From Fimbriosthenelais zetlandica (taxonomy: Eukaryota): a stretch of 64,000 nucleotides of DNA. The DNA lies in assembly GCA_977030845.1 (NCBI GenBank), contig OZ365109.1, forward strand, positions 9,858,001 to 9,922,000, in the 5' to 3' direction. Both the position numbers and the translations under genes were made by a program. Below are positions 1-13,440 of this stretch, piece after piece. The stretch's first letter is position 1; each line of letters opens with the position of its first letter. Below the pieces are notes generated by a model, which was given only the letters and a program-made list of their open reading frames with translations, was not told the origin of the DNA and did not search any database.

Positions 1-2169
1 TTTATTAGATTAAAATTAATTTAAACGACGTTTTATATATATGTAGGCCCCTTAATTTTGCATGTCGGTTTAGTTCATATCTTACGAAATGTTTTTTTTA
101 AAGTGAACAGTTACATCACACTATTCAGAGTATTTTCAGAACCGTCTATAACTCAAAATTGATATGGACAATTATTTCACTTTTATTTTCATTGGATTAT
201 CTACAATTTGAACTTTAAAATTGCTGTAATATTAATTATTCAGGAAAAATTCATTACATTATATATTAGATAATATATAACATAAGGAGGTTAATCAAAA
301 TTTAAAAAAAAAAATATATTTATTATATTACTTAAGTAATTTGGCATCATAACACCACACAGTGTTACGTTGCAAATTAAAAAAATATTTGGCTACAGAA
401 ATTCCGGTTTTTAACATTGATATTAACATATAAAGTACCATTCCGTTTCAAGTTTTCATCGCAGTTTCAGATTACATAGTGATTCAACCGTGAAGAGTTT
501 ATCCTCATTAAAAACACATCTAGTCCCAGGACGATCTTATCATTCAACATTCAACCCCCTTCCTATTTTCCTTTTAATCCATTTTTCTCTCTTGCTTAAA
601 GTATCGTATTTTTCTAGTCAGGTAATCGTACAATATAGGAGATCGACTCTGCAGCTAATCTCTAAATGCTGATGTTCATGTCGCCCCTTTAAAAATGTGT
701 AATTTTAGTTCTGCATCGCCGACAGGTGTCACGGGGGTATGGGAGACCTCACATGACACAGCACCACCTTCAGGCTGAAAGTTACACTACATGTAAGACG
801 CCACATAGCGGCTAAAGAGAACAACACCCCGGGGCTCCAGCCCAAAGTGAAAAAAATGTATACAAGGGTCGTTGGTGAGTCGCGGTGTATTCTAGACAGC
901 AATGGGAGGGTGTCTGTATGATGCAAAAGACTCTATGTAATCCTATATGTCTCTCAAAGACATCTGCGTTTTCTGAAAGAACAAAGATGGGAAAATGGAA
1001 ATGTTATAATCACAAAAAATGATCTACAGTAGCCTAGTCGGTATAGTATAGGAAACTCATTCCGTGGGATTTTTCACACAAATCAAAATCACCAATTTCA
1101 ATAAGGTGTTATCGCCATTTCCTTTGGTGAGAAATAGAAGGGGTGGAATCCATTGAATGGACTCAATCTTAAAGAGATTGAAGGGAATTACTTTGGTCTG
1201 GTCTTCTACTTAATTACATAGTAAAAGTGGGTGCTGAGACAGGGCTATTTCTATATCTATTGAAGTGGATGGGGGATGGAGGCACTTGAAACTTTCTCAG
1301 GTGCGTGAAAGTGTCCCCCACCCTCCTCTTTAACTCCCCCCTATTTCCCATACCCCCTGGACAACCCCCACTTTCACACACACACACACACCCCACCCAT
1401 CACCCCCTGACCATATGAGTGAGTGTTAAGCTACATTATACCTGCAGCACCTGGTCTTGAGGTAACCGGTCCTATCTCGGACAGGTCTTGAGTGTCCGCC
1501 TTTCACTCCACAGCAAAAAAAGGCTTCATCAACCTGACACTCACCACTGGCAGTGCTTAGAATTAAGGTCTACCAACCTTTTTATAAGTGCATGATTAGC
1601 CTAAGGTTAGGAAAATGTGAAAGCTGGAAATAGAATTTTTTTAAGTTTTCCCCATCTGATCCAGAATATTTCCATTTTGTTTCGCTCCTCGCTTTGTCAT
1701 ATGCCTATTTACTTGCTGCTCCTTTAAGAAAATATTGGCTTTACAAGTTCATATGGATGAGTTGTTCGGGGGCTGTGTATGAAGGGGGAGGGGGTGGTGT
1801 GTGTAAAAGGGGTGGGGGTGTATGCGGGTGGGAGTTGTTGGGGGGGGGGGGGGGTGCATGGTTGGTTGGTATGGACCCTTGTCACAGAATCTAAGATGAG
1901 ATGCTATCATTGTGTACTATAAGAGAGGCCTATATTGTCCCAATCTCCCTCACATCTCTATGCTCGGTTGCCCCTCTTTTGTTAGCGGGCAATCACCACC
2001 CTTGCCCACCCCCTTTTTAAACACCCCCATCGTACCAAAGCACTTTTCTTAGACCACTTGGCGTTCGAACTTACCCACACACCCTCTCCCCCACCTGTCC
2101 TTTCCCTTGTCTTCTCCCTTCAAAGTCACGCCTTTTACGACATCAATCTGAAACCAGGCCCCACCTGCG

Positions 2170-2490
2170 GCACATCTACTCAGCCAATCACATCAGAGCT
2201 ACTGGAATCCATTGGGATCGATCTAACCAATCACAAACATTCTTACTAACAAGCTGACCAATGAGAGCGCTCCCGGCCGTCGTCATGGATAGGTAACCAC
2301 GCGTGACGTCACACCAGCCGGCAGGTCCGCCATGACACTTGGGTCAGAGCTGAAGGGGGGAAACTTTTCTTGATTATACAGCTTTAATCACTCTAATCGT
2401 TAGCGACTGTCACGGTTGGCGGCAAGATGAATACCGTCCCGAGGTCACCCAACCATGACGCGTGACCCCGGGGTCAAAGATCCGAGACAG
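2170..2490. promoter_or_regulatory. CpG-rich promoter-like module (triple CCAAT + CRE)
   Basis: CCAAT boxes at ~2184, 2227 and 2258; TGACGTCA at 2304-2311; CpG-rich; C-rich tract immediately to the left (~2000-2160). Confidence 0.6.
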
Positions 2491-4179
2491 AGATTTAGAA
2501 ACAAATGACAAGGTGTAAAAGTTTGCAGGGGATATTATTCTAATAGAATCACTGTTTTCTTTTTAATTACGGCCCGGGTTCTTTATTCTTGTGTCTACCC
2601 CTCGGGGTATTATCTGACACTGGCCTTTTTTCCACGTCATTTGAATAATTTGTTTTGGAAGATATTTTTTGTTGGTGCATATAGTATATGGGAAACGAAA
2701 CGGATCAGTTGTATTCAGATTTGTGCAATTTCCTCCGAAACTATTCATTAAGCAAAGTTACTTTCAAGCCGCAAGTTGCTTCATAACAACTCCCAAATAT
2801 AGATCTACTAGCAGAGATGAAAGCGATCAGACGACAGATCTATTGGCCTTTCAGACAAGAAGAAAAATTGTTATAGATAGTTTGATTAATGGCGGGAAAG
2901 ATGAACGTCAGGATAAGAAAATAGTTCTTAAAGGGCTTCAAACTGACATATTATGGTTGAATAATGGTGTGTCAAACTACTTGTAGGCTACTTCCTATAA
3001 TATAATAATATAGCCTTGGGAATGAATATTATGATAAAATTATAGGGTACCGTACCGGTACAAATATAAAATAATTATGTAATTTTAGGCCTATTACACA
3101 CGTATAATTATTATATGCCTTAGGCCTAGACCTATAATGCAACTAAGAACATAGGCCTACAATACTATTAGGCCTATAAAGCCCCATTTATGAAATTGCA
3201 TGGAGTCAAATTAAAAATAATTAACTTTCATTATCATCCTTCAATATATTAGCCTAATTAAATTGCATGAATGTTAACCAAGTAGCCTAGCTACCGTAGC
3301 CCCTAAAGATGAAATAATATTAAAAACCCTCAAGTATGAAACGCAGATAAACTAGGGGAGTAATTAACCTATTCGTCTAAATGTATTATCCACAATCTGG
3401 ATCGAGCTTGTTTCAAAACGAATGTTAGCCATACACTTAGCATTGCTAATTTCCCTATGAAACGGGCTTCTGGTCCCCAACTGTTGACAATTTCCTTAAT
3501 TGTTCCTTCGATGGGGATTGATGTAATTATTGACCTATATCATAATTCTTCAGACTAACAATCCCTGCTTCCCACAGGGTCAACCCTAGTTACCCTATAA
3601 TGTCTGCCCTCCTCCCCACCCACCACCTCCACTCACCTGTCCCTGTCAAAAGCCTTGTTTCCCATTGTCTATATAATATGCATCATGAGAAACATGTAAA
3701 AGATCCCAGCGAAAGAACAGACAATTGTGCGCCAACAATGTGTCCCTACATGTTGAGTTGGAATAACAAATTGTCCTGAAATAGCTGCAAATAGGAGATT
3801 TGATATAGGCCTAAATAATTCTTGAATAGCTTTTAGATCCAGGTTAGCTCCAATGGGCCTATATCTTTGCAATTTGCCAAGAATTTATTTCTCAAGTAAA
3901 CAATATCACCAGCGAAAACCCAAACCCCCAAAAACACCCCATTAGTTATTAGACGCACCTTAAAGTGCCCCACACTTCCCTCCATAAACAAAATAACCCA
4001 TGACCCTCTTTAACCAAATATACCCCCTTCAAACCCCGAAGACAACCATTAAAAATAAACCCCCATCAAGTACCCCCATTACCCTTAAAATACCCCCTGT
4101 ATAGCCCCCTCCCCCAACAAGTACCCCCAGCCCACCCCCCTCGTTGAGCCTCCCCACTCTCCCACGCCCCCACACCCAG

Positions 4180-4330
4180 CTATGTCACTTTTCACAATTG
4201 TCTCTGTCTCCGTGGTAGCACAATGCCCCTCTTGATTGTTACCTATGACGGGAGCTCTTTGATTTCCCTAGATACACGTCTCACATGTCCCCGTAAAACG
4301 CACCTGTTGCTTAGTAACCACACCCCTCCA
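4180..4330. promoter_or_regulatory. RFX X-box module
   Basis: GTTGCTTAGTAAC at 4306-4318 matches the RFX palindromic X-box; flanked by C-rich tracts. Confidence 0.45.
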
Positions 4331-6639
4331 CACCTCAGGCTTTCTGCTCTTCACCTCTCCCCCCTCACACTCTCTCTGTTACCCTAGTATTGTCTAACTT
4401 CCTTCCCCTTATATATAGCGTATCATGGGAGGGTGGCACTGGAGTTTGGGGTGTGGGTGTGTGTGTGGGGGGGGGGGGGGGGGCACTCAGGAAGAAAGTG
4501 GGTATAGGCCTGCCTTTGCTTTTTACAACCCTAAACTACTCATCACAAAGTGCAAAAATTATGTGACGTCAGCATGTTACCTATACTTGTTGAGTTTGAA
4601 TATAATCCTGAAATACATATATAGATGAAAACTTTCTGACCGGTGTCAAGCAACTACAAATATACTCACTGAGAATGGACCAAGCTTTAGGACCCACTTT
4701 GATTCTGAGTGCCCTCCCACCCACGAGTGTACATTTATATACCCTTCCTATCTATCACACACTCATGCACACCCCGACTCACTCATGCATTATCAACTTT
4801 CTTCTACTTGATCGACTTGATATATTTTCATTGTAGATACTTACCTTTAGGAACCTGACACAGTTGCTTTTCCACTTCATATCATTCTATACCCTTTCTT
4901 CTAATGTGCACTGGTAGGCATATATAAAAACATTCGATGTTTAATAGGCCTAATATCGCCAACAACAATTGCATAAATTGTGTAACAATTGCGTAAGTTC
5001 ATGATTTATATTTCTATAAATTATATTGTGAAATTGGCAAAAAAAAAATCTCAAACAAGTTTCAATTAAAAGATCTGTATCCTGCAATTTTATGGTCGGA
5101 TGAATCTCACAATTATAATATTAAAAATTGAACATCACGTAAAGAAATTCTAGGGAACTTTATTGAAACATTTGATAAGTAATCTCTTGAATATTTTAGA
5201 AAAGGTTTATTGGGGGAAATTATTTAGTCAGGTTATCAGCAAATTCATCAAATGCAAATTTAAAGGTGGTGGGTTGGGGGCTAATGCCATGGTTGATCAA
5301 AATCTGTCGTTAAAGGAGCTCTATTCAGCGCTGAAACACTGATGTAATCTCACTAATTAAAACAACTTGTCAAAAGAAATTCAAAATGCTCCATGAACCT
5401 GCCACGATTTACTGGCGTTCTGAATAGATACCTATCTGCATTCATTCACCCTATACCGCCTTTCACCCCAATAATTTTTAACTACACCCCTTTTCCCATA
5501 TCTTCACCCATCCCCCCCCCGCCATCTTCATTCCATCAACCCCTACCCCCCCCCCCCCCCCACCCATAAACCCAATCCTCTTTTCCCAATTATCCTCCCG
5601 CATTTTGAACCCCTCACTCCTGTCAACCCTTCCCCTCCCTCACCAGACTCTCCCCCCCCCCCCCACAACCCCTTTCCGCACTCCCTCTCCTCTTCCTCCT
5701 TCCCTCCTCCCTCTTTCATCTCCATCCTTACCCCGACCCCCCTCGATCCATCCCAGCCCCTTCTTCCCATCTTCCGCTTCTTCTCCCACCCCATTTACTT
5801 CACCTTCTCCTCCATCTCCACTCCCACCCCCATCCCAAAATCCGTAGCCACCTACACACCCGTCTGATAACTATTACAATGTATTATGAATACCTTGATT
5901 TACCCTTTAGTCATAATACACATAATTGTTGATAAACATCACCTGCCTGTCTCCATTTAGTGTCACCCGCGTGGATACACATCACTGCCCCTCCTTTACG
6001 ATATTGTTTTCCCCTCAAAACCACCAAGTCTGGTCCTTTTATGCGGTTCTTATTTCTTTCACCTCATTTATAAGCAAAACCATAACTATTTAAATTCACC
6101 CTTGGTTGTGCCTGCCCTTTAGTACCCTCATTATCCACTAGAGGGACCTATACTTGATGTATTTTGTATATTGAGACCTGATTGTTGACGCCCATTTAAC
6201 ATTCCCGGTGTTCACTGGACCGTGTCCCCCTAGTGGCAAGGGTAATAACAGAGACCTTATATTAGGCACATTTAGGGTCTCTGGTAATAACCACAACCAT
6301 AGCCCAACCCCCCCCCCCCCCGAATATTCTGCAGTAATATATTTCACAAGTTATCCTAAAAATGAATTAACAGAGAAATAATTGTTTCTAATTTGTTATT
6401 AACGTTTCCAAGTTTGGAATAGAAAAGTTAATATAGGGCCTATTTGGAATAGTTTTATAATTTGTAGATTATTTTAGTGGAATTAAATCTTGTGGAATTA
6501 AATCTATACTAATTTGTCTCTGGCATACCACCATTTCCCTTAGCTCCCACTAACCTCCGACCCCCCCCCCCCCCCCCCCGCACCACCCACCTTAATTGCC
6601 CATTGCCCTCCTTGCCCCCACCCACCTTTAAACAGATCG

Positions 6640-6960
6640 TTCGAGCAACCATAATGGTGAACAATCAGCCCCCTTGTGGTCATATGAAGCACTATTTACA
6701 GGTGTAGCCAATAAGATGGCAGTGTTTGGACATAGGCCTACATCAGCCCCCTCGTGGTTAGTGTTGACACTATTTCCAGGTGTCGCCAATCAGGGGGCTG
6801 TATTTGGGAACCATCAGTTGTTGATGTGTATAATTGTACTATCATAGGCCTAGAACTTCGTCCATTTGTTTGTATAAGTCACTAGCGACGCCTACCAACG
6901 TGACTCGAGTCACCGTTGTTAAAGATGGCGGATGTTTGTTCTCCTCTATTACGTTATTTT
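6640..6960. promoter_or_regulatory. Promoter-like module with duplicated CTCF-like + CCAAT unit and YY1 site
   Basis: ~50-bp unit CAGCCCCCT(T/C)GTGGT...CACTATTT.CAGGTGT.GCCAAT at 6664 and 6742; palindrome TGACTCGAGTCA 6901-6912; AAAGATGGCG 6921-6930. Confidence 0.6.
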
Positions 6961-7313
6961 ATATCTGAATATTTGGTGTAGTCCGAAGAGATGGCCAACC
7001 ATGCCTGGGTATGGGTTTCCTTTTGTGTAACGTCAGCTCATGGACTGAAAATCACACTTGGGTCAAACCAGCGTAACTCACTTTGCCATACATAGGTGAC
7101 TCCAATCTATTGGTGGGTCATTACCACGGTAAATCAGCAAAATAATTACCAACGTAACTCATTCCTGGTATACTATACTTACAATGATGCAGTGATTGAA
7201 AATTATAACCATAACGTAGCCTAGGCATGTAAATGTGTAGGCTTATAACGTGCATGAATTATTAAATGTTCAAACTTCAATATTACGTGGCATTGTTTTC
7301 CCTTTGTAAATCA

Positions 7314-7530
7314 CTTTGCAGCAAATAACTTGTAAGCTTTCCAGCATCACTTTGCAGCAAAGAAAATCATAAGCTTTGCAGCAACATTTTGCAGCAAATC
7401 ACCAGCAACACCTTGCAACAACAGGTGGCAGCAATATTTTGCAGCAACAGCTAGCTTTTGCTCAATACTTTGCCACAAATAGTGCATTTTACAGCAAGTA
7501 AGCTTTGCAGCAACACGTCTTAGCAGCAAC
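7314..7530. repeat. Degenerate array of TTGCAGCAA
   Basis: Exact TTGCAGCAA at 7316, 7352, 7376, 7389, 7439 and 7505, plus degenerate copies. Confidence 0.8.
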
Positions 7531-7554
7531 GCCTGAAATCAAAAAGCTGTGTAA

Positions 7555-7808
7555 TGGCCCTTGTCCACGAGGCGACAAAATCCACATTTTTTGTAGTTGA
7601 GCGCCAAAAATGCTGTCGCTGGCTTTTGTAGCTTTATGACAAGACACAAATTATTGATGAACAACATGATTACCAATAGAAAGTCGCTACGTGAGCCTGA
7701 TTTCTCAGCGATAGAATGTGCTTAATTAGGTCGGCGCCAATGTTAGGGTCATCAAAAGTAAATTAGGTCAAGTCGCTGACGATTTTGTCGCCTCGTGGAC
7801 AAGGGCCT
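7555..7808. mobile_element. PIF/Harbinger (Tourist-like) MITE
   Basis: Terminal inverted repeat GGCCCTTGTCCACGAGGCGACAAAATC at 7556 and its reverse complement ending at 7807; TAA on both flanks (7552-7554, 7809-7811). A TAA/TTA target duplication with GGC-starting TIRs is characteristic of Harbinger/Tourist. No ORF. Confidence 0.8.
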
Positions 7809-8094
7809 TAAAACACTTTGAAGCAAAAAACCATGCAAAATCAGTTCTATAATATTTTAATTTTGACTTTTCACACTTTTATTTGTTTCGCTTGATTCTA
7901 CATTTTTAACTATTTTTTTTATACATGTATAGGAATTACTGGATGTGGGGGTGGTGTTGTATGGGGGTTTTTTGGTGGTCACTGTGTGTGTGTGGGAGGG
8001 GGCGGGGGTAGGGTAGTAACGAAGGTTGTTGGAGGGGAGGTGGTGGTGGCGGTGGGGGAGGGGGGGGGGGTGTAGGAGTAGGGTGATGGGTGGA

Positions 8095-8260
8095 TGTACA
8101 TGACACGCATGCGCCCTGGGAGCACTGTTTACATGTAGCGTCATGCTTGACTTAGAGGTCTAATTTCCGGGCGTCCAATGCGCATGCTCTAACGCGCAGG
8201 GTGGGGTGCATTACTCGCTCTAGTCACGACATTGTGGCTGGAGAGTGATCAATTGATGGA
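8095..8260. promoter_or_regulatory. NRF1-type promoter-like module
   Basis: CGCATGCGC 8106-8114, TGCGCATGC ~8179, TTTCCGGG ~8165; G-rich tract at 7940-8090. Confidence 0.5.
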
Positions 8261-9039
8261 ATAGACAGTGTTAGATTATCCCACCCCCAACCCCATCACC
8301 CCAGTCAAACCCTTTGGATCACCAAAGGTGCTGGGCTTTTTTGTTGGTGTTTTTGTGGGGCGGGCGCGACCCGAAGGGCATTGTGTTGCTTAAAATAGTA
8401 TATATTTTGGACAACTGGAATTTGCTTGGCATGGAATTCCCCAGTTTCCAAAGAAGTCTATATTATTATATTTAGATGCCATATATAGGCCTAAAAGCAT
8501 ACTATGTATTTTCGATTGAAGCTGGGCCTATATAAAATTAATAGAAGGCCAAAATGGATTTAGTATAAGCTATTATAATGATTATTTTATATTTAATGGT
8601 TCGATAATAGTACCAGTACATAGTGTTTTTTTGCTCCACTGAACACTTAATGGCATTGAAGTGCAGTTGTCCTGTCTCTTTACGCATGTTGTCAATATTA
8701 ATTATAGAACAGATTGTAAAATATTAGATCATGATCACAGAAATGTGTTCCATTATACCCTTTTACATTCTCCTGATTTTGCATTTTAAAATATTGTAAA
8801 TGGCGCCGTAATCTTTTTCTCTGAAGATGAGACAGCTTATATTGTCTGCAGAGCAGGTGAGTGACAAGATTCTTGTACCAGGTACAAAAATAAGTATCGT
8901 CTGCAGGTGTGTAGTGAGCTCAAATAACAAGAAACACGTACAGAATTAGAGGCAGGGGGAAGGTCTGCTTGTTATTATTACAATTATACAGACGCTGGCC
9001 TTGCTTCTAGCGCCACCAACCCACTCCCACCCCAACTAC

Positions 9040-9370
9040 ATTGTCACGAGACCTCTAATCAGCTCTCGTCACCATGGAAACCTGAAGTAGGCGAGAGCGA
9101 GCCTGGTTGATGGTCACGTGGTGGAAACTCAGGTGCCTGATTGGCTGAGTGATTGATCTGTCGCCGGAAGTTCTGAGACAAGGAAGCGGAAGTCAGGAGA
9201 CAGACGCCGTTGCTGGGTCTCGCGAAACTGCGCAGATTCTCGTTGTGGTAGCGAGTAGGACGAGACTTGAGTGGAGATTAAATAGTGGGCGCGAGATGGC
9301 GATCTAGGCAGCGGGGAGAGTGGTAGCAGGTAGGGGGCGGTGTGGGGCGGTGTGGGGCGGTGCGGGGCGG
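9040..9370 (+). promoter_or_regulatory. Strong housekeeping-type promoter-like module with possible first-exon donor
   Basis: RFX-like GTCACCATGGAAAC 9068-9081; GTCACGTG ~9113; TGATTGGC ~9138; CCGGAAGT 9164-9171; GCGGAAGT 9186; TCTCGCGAAA ~9218; AGATGGCG ~9294; CAG|GTAGGG at 9330 followed by GGGGCGG repeats. Confidence 0.65.
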
Positions 9371-9864
9371 TGGGGGCGGAAACTTGTATACAGTATGAAT
9401 TGTTATGCTAGAATAATACGATGGGAAATATGCACTCTGAAATCTGAAAAAGTACCCCCTTTTCTCAAATTTCGATATTGGGAACGAGCCCTACTACCCA
9501 CTTTAATTCCCTCCATGGCGGGGCGGTGGGGATGTGGTTCGAGATGTGAAACCATCACGCCTGCCACAGAATATATGGGCACTGAATGTGGCCCCCCAAT
9601 AGGTAGATAATGGAGGTAAATTTCCGATCCATGTCCTATCCTCATGAATAATGATTGTAAAAATCTTTAGTAGATTCATATCCCAAAAGGACAATTATTG
9701 GGCTTCGAAAAGGGCACTTAGGGTCCCAAAAGGGCATGCATTGGGTGTGAAAGGGGTACCCACCCCATCACCTCCTCCCCTTCTCCGACCCCTTTCAACC
9801 TCCCACCTTTTAGATCCACCACTTGTGGTGGTCTGGTGGGAGGGGGTGTTGCCATAGCCACATC

Positions 9865-10080
9865 ATTAGAGAAAGCAAGATGGCCGCCTGTCGGCCGTGT
9901 TCGGTTGAGAGAATAAAGATTTCATGACTATCTTATTCATCACATTATGGAGCTCTGCGATGGGCGCTATTTATTGAGTGGAAGAGAAGAGGTTGACAGC
10001 AGTGTTGACAGATGGTTGACAGCAGCCTGGCAGCTCACTGTCAGTTATATGGGCAGGCGGGAGTGGAGCAGTGACAGATG
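9865..10080. promoter_or_regulatory. YY1 + clustered TGACAG module
   Basis: AAGATGGCC 9877; TGACAG at 9994, 10006, 10017 and 10072, and CTGTCA at 10038. Confidence 0.5.
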
Positions 10081-10657
10081 ATGGGGAGGGTTATCATTTA
10101 TTCAGTGCCGATATATTACATCTCCAATTAAACCTAGACATCAGATTTTTTATTATATCGCTGGATCCCGACGCTAATGGGGTCTGAGTTAGTAAAGAGA
10201 GCCCTCTGTGAAAGGGAAGATAACAAGTAATAGGACAAAAAATGAGCCATGTGAGTTTTCAGGTGTTACACTTTGTAAGAAGTTATTTATAAATCCACTA
10301 ATAACATCTTTTCGGGAAATTATCGACGTCATAGGAGATATAATGAAAGAGGAAAAATACTTAAAGAGTCTATGCCCGATCAGTAAAGAGCCCTGAAAGT
10401 CCCCTCTTTGGGTCAAACTATATGCCAGATTGACCTAGATTGATGCAGGTTGACTCAAATTGTCGGTTGGGCATTGGCTGAGAAAATTTGCTTCGGTTTT
10501 ACTTAGTTCCCGCCATAAATGGGTTTCTATTTAGTACTTAGTGTAACATATTTGGTTCTGACCATTAGTAACCTAATTGCTATAGATTCTTGTTTTGGTC
10601 AGTTTTTCTTGTTCTGGACCATGTGAGATTAATATGTCTCACTTAGTGGTTATTATT

Positions 10658-10972
10658 AATGCTTTAAGATGTTCTGCTGCCTCTTGCCGGCTTGGGTGTC
10701 TCTGTTTCCTCCTGCAACATGTTTAACATCCTCAAGCTGAGCAAGATGTCTCCAACATGCAATTCATGAGCACCTAGATTTGAGAGAGAATGTTCCCGGA
10801 ATATGGTTTGATTATCTAAGAATTAAAACAGAATGCAGCCCGACTATTAGCACAATGTCGTGCCAGTTGCCTGCATGGAGACATCTTGCTCAGCTTGAGG
10901 ATGTTAAACATGTTGCAGGAGGAAACAGAGACACCCAAGCCGGCAAGAGGCAGCAGAACATCTTAAAGCATT
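10658..10972. repeat. Inverted repeat (~100-bp arms, ~110-bp spacer); MITE/foldback-like
   Basis: 10658-10761 is near-perfectly reverse-complementary to 10872-10972 (AATGCTTTAAGATGTTCTGCTGCC... / ...GGCAGCAGAACATCTTAAAGCATT). Confidence 0.9.
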
Positions 10973-11237
10973 CAACAACACGGTATATAGGAGCTGTGCC
11001 ATGGCAGGACAGAATGATTGATGGGAAAAGATTGATATGATTTTTCCATAGCAGTAATATAGAATTCTTACATATTTATGACACAATTGTATTTTGTGTT
11101 ACAGTTATAACATAATCATTCAGCTTTAAAGGGGAGAGAAATGCAGTAAATAAATATTTATATGTTACAATTGTTCTAGAATTGAGACCGGGCTTGGACG
11201 GAAGGCAATCTACGGGCTTATTTTGGGCCCGAGCTGA

Positions 11238-11306
11238 CATTATTTCCCCCATGTACATTATTATTTCCCCCATTTGACATTATTTCCCCCATGTACATCC
11301 CCCATT
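11238..11306. repeat. Short tandem repeat ATTATTTCCCCCAT
   Basis: Three full copies and one partial copy. Confidence 0.8.
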
Positions 11307-12039
11307 TTCAGTTTATACAAGCTAACAACATGATATAAAAGACTTTGTTCTGACCATTTCAGTTGTCGCATTTTGAGATGGTCGCCTCATTGATGATGTC
11401 GATCTTAGTGGTGTTAAACATATTGGTCGTATTATTAAAATTAATGGTCGTTTTAGTGAGGTGGTCTCTAAGTGAGGCGCCACTGTATTGTTGTCGTAAA
11501 GTGGATTAAGAATGAATTGTCTGAACGTTGCCCGCCTGGGCGTGGCTGGGGAACGAGTCAAATATTTCATCAATATCTATTGAGCGGGTAATTGGGGGGC
11601 CGCTAATTACACCTAATTATTCTCCATCTTTTGCCGAGCACAGTGTAAGCCACTCCATTCCTAAAATCTCGGCTCTTTACTCCCAGGTTCTGAAGAAAGA
11701 GAAAGTGGAGGAGAGAAGGTATAAGGGTCTACATATATAGGGCCTGGTGTAGGCCTAGGGTACATAGGCCTAGGGGAGGGGGTCCACAGATGCAGTTCTA
11801 TATGCAGGATTCGATGTGCAGGGATTGGAGACATGCGAAAACATGAATTTAACCCTAGCCATTGTGCATAAATAGGATGCTTAATTTTACAAAATTTTAA
11901 TCGGATAAATGAAGATGCCTTAAGGCCGTCTGTAAAATTTAACGTGGAGTGGAATCTCACGGTCAACAGTATTGAACTTTACTAAACAACTAGATGTATG
12001 ACAGCGTTTAATGCAAATCCATTCACTGACGTGGACTCA

Positions 12040-12360
12040 GTCCTTGAAATTGGACGCCGCCCCCTCGCGGTGTTCATTTTACTAACGTTGTAACGGGTCT
12101 CACTTGGTGTTCTCTTTTCCCCCGACACGTTCATCGTGACTTCCGGTTCAAAGAATCCCGCCGTCTTTGTCTAACGAGGAGGGAAAGAAATCTGATTGGT
12201 TGGCCCCTCACCTCTCGTCAAGTCTCGTGCGTTCCGTGACTTTGAAGCTGTCACGTGATTAGTGGAGGGGGAGGCTGTATATCGGTTAGTTAGACATTGC
12301 CACACCAGGTGTCAGGCCTGAGTGGCGTCTATCTGTCACGTGGTCCAGGGAAGCTGACGG
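12040..12360. promoter_or_regulatory. Promoter-like module (CTCF-like, ETS, CCAAT, E-box)
   Basis: CGCCGCCCCCTCGCGG 12055; ACTTCCGG 12139-12146; TGATTGG ~12193; GTCACGTG ~12250 and ~12334. Confidence 0.6.
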
Positions 12361-13440
12361 TGCATTGTTCTGACAGTCATTTTCAGTCGCATACGACTTT
12401 CATAATTATAAAAATGAGCGTAAAAATTAAGCAGTTTCACTACGCTCTGCGACACCTTAAACTCAAACTCATATTCTACACATTTATAGGCCATGCATAA
12501 AAAAATGTTGGGTTACTTTTGTTTTATATACGTCTATCTTCCAACCGGAAATTTATGGACAAAGGAAATAGATATTCCCATAACGTCTATTTATGAAAAC
12601 ATACAAAATATTGTATTGTACTGTTTCTAAAAAGTAAACAGGAATTTTTGAAAATATAAAAGAATTACAAACGTTTTAAAAGTGGTCACAACAAGCTAAA
12701 TTCAAATATTATGCGGGCCTACTACACGAGCTTTTTCTTGTGATTTTGAAGAAACCAAATTAAAATTAACATTAAAATTATACCATACGCTTATCAACAT
12801 TTTCAATACCGAAAATCATGTACATGTAATTAATACGCCAACAATACATGTATATAATAGGCCTAACTAGAATATTGATGGCATACAGTATTTTAGGTCT
12901 GAATGGAACCGCCTCGCTCGATTTGCTCGTGCATGCAGCATAAGGCAAACAATAAACCGGTTTTTGTGAATATAATACAGTTTTTGTGAGAGTGTTTTCC
13001 TTTTGATATCCATTTTTGATCCCTAAAATATCAAATCGTTATAATCAATAAGATTCTTTCAAATTTGCTGCTTGTTTCACATTTTGCTCGCATTTGATTG
13101 CCAATTATAATGCATACACCATTAATTATATTTTGCCTATTCATCATTTATTGATGCGTTATTGTTATGCATTTTCAATGGAGAATCATATCAATGGAAA
13201 AAAACGATTATGTATTGTTTGGTACACTTTGGCAGATTTGGATGTACCGAGAACAATTATGGACGTCCCCGAACTTAAACAAATAATTTTGATTAGGTCA
13301 GCATTTTTTATCTCATAGCATGTCATAAACCTTTTGCTATGCATTTAATTTTGGCTTAATTAATAATTTCTTTTTAAATGTTCAGAAAATCCTCTTGTTT
13401 CACTCTTGCAGTTTATGAGGTCTCAGATAGCACTTCTTTC

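Noticed and set aside
2669-2986. 105-aa ORF of ordinary composition
   Set aside because: No recognisable domain or convincing splice context; a length of this order can occur by chance. BLASTX would be needed.
4836-4880. ATACTTACCT resembling the U1 snRNA 5' end
   Set aside because: No U1 body follows. It is simply a minus-strand AAG|GTAAGT donor-like match (possible exon MKWKSNCVRFLK) with no promoter module upstream.
2408-9310. Modules as solo LTRs (TGTCACG starts at ~2408 and ~9042)
   Set aside because: No matching ...CA ends, target-site duplications or shared LTR family sequence found by eye. A Dfam search could revive the idea.
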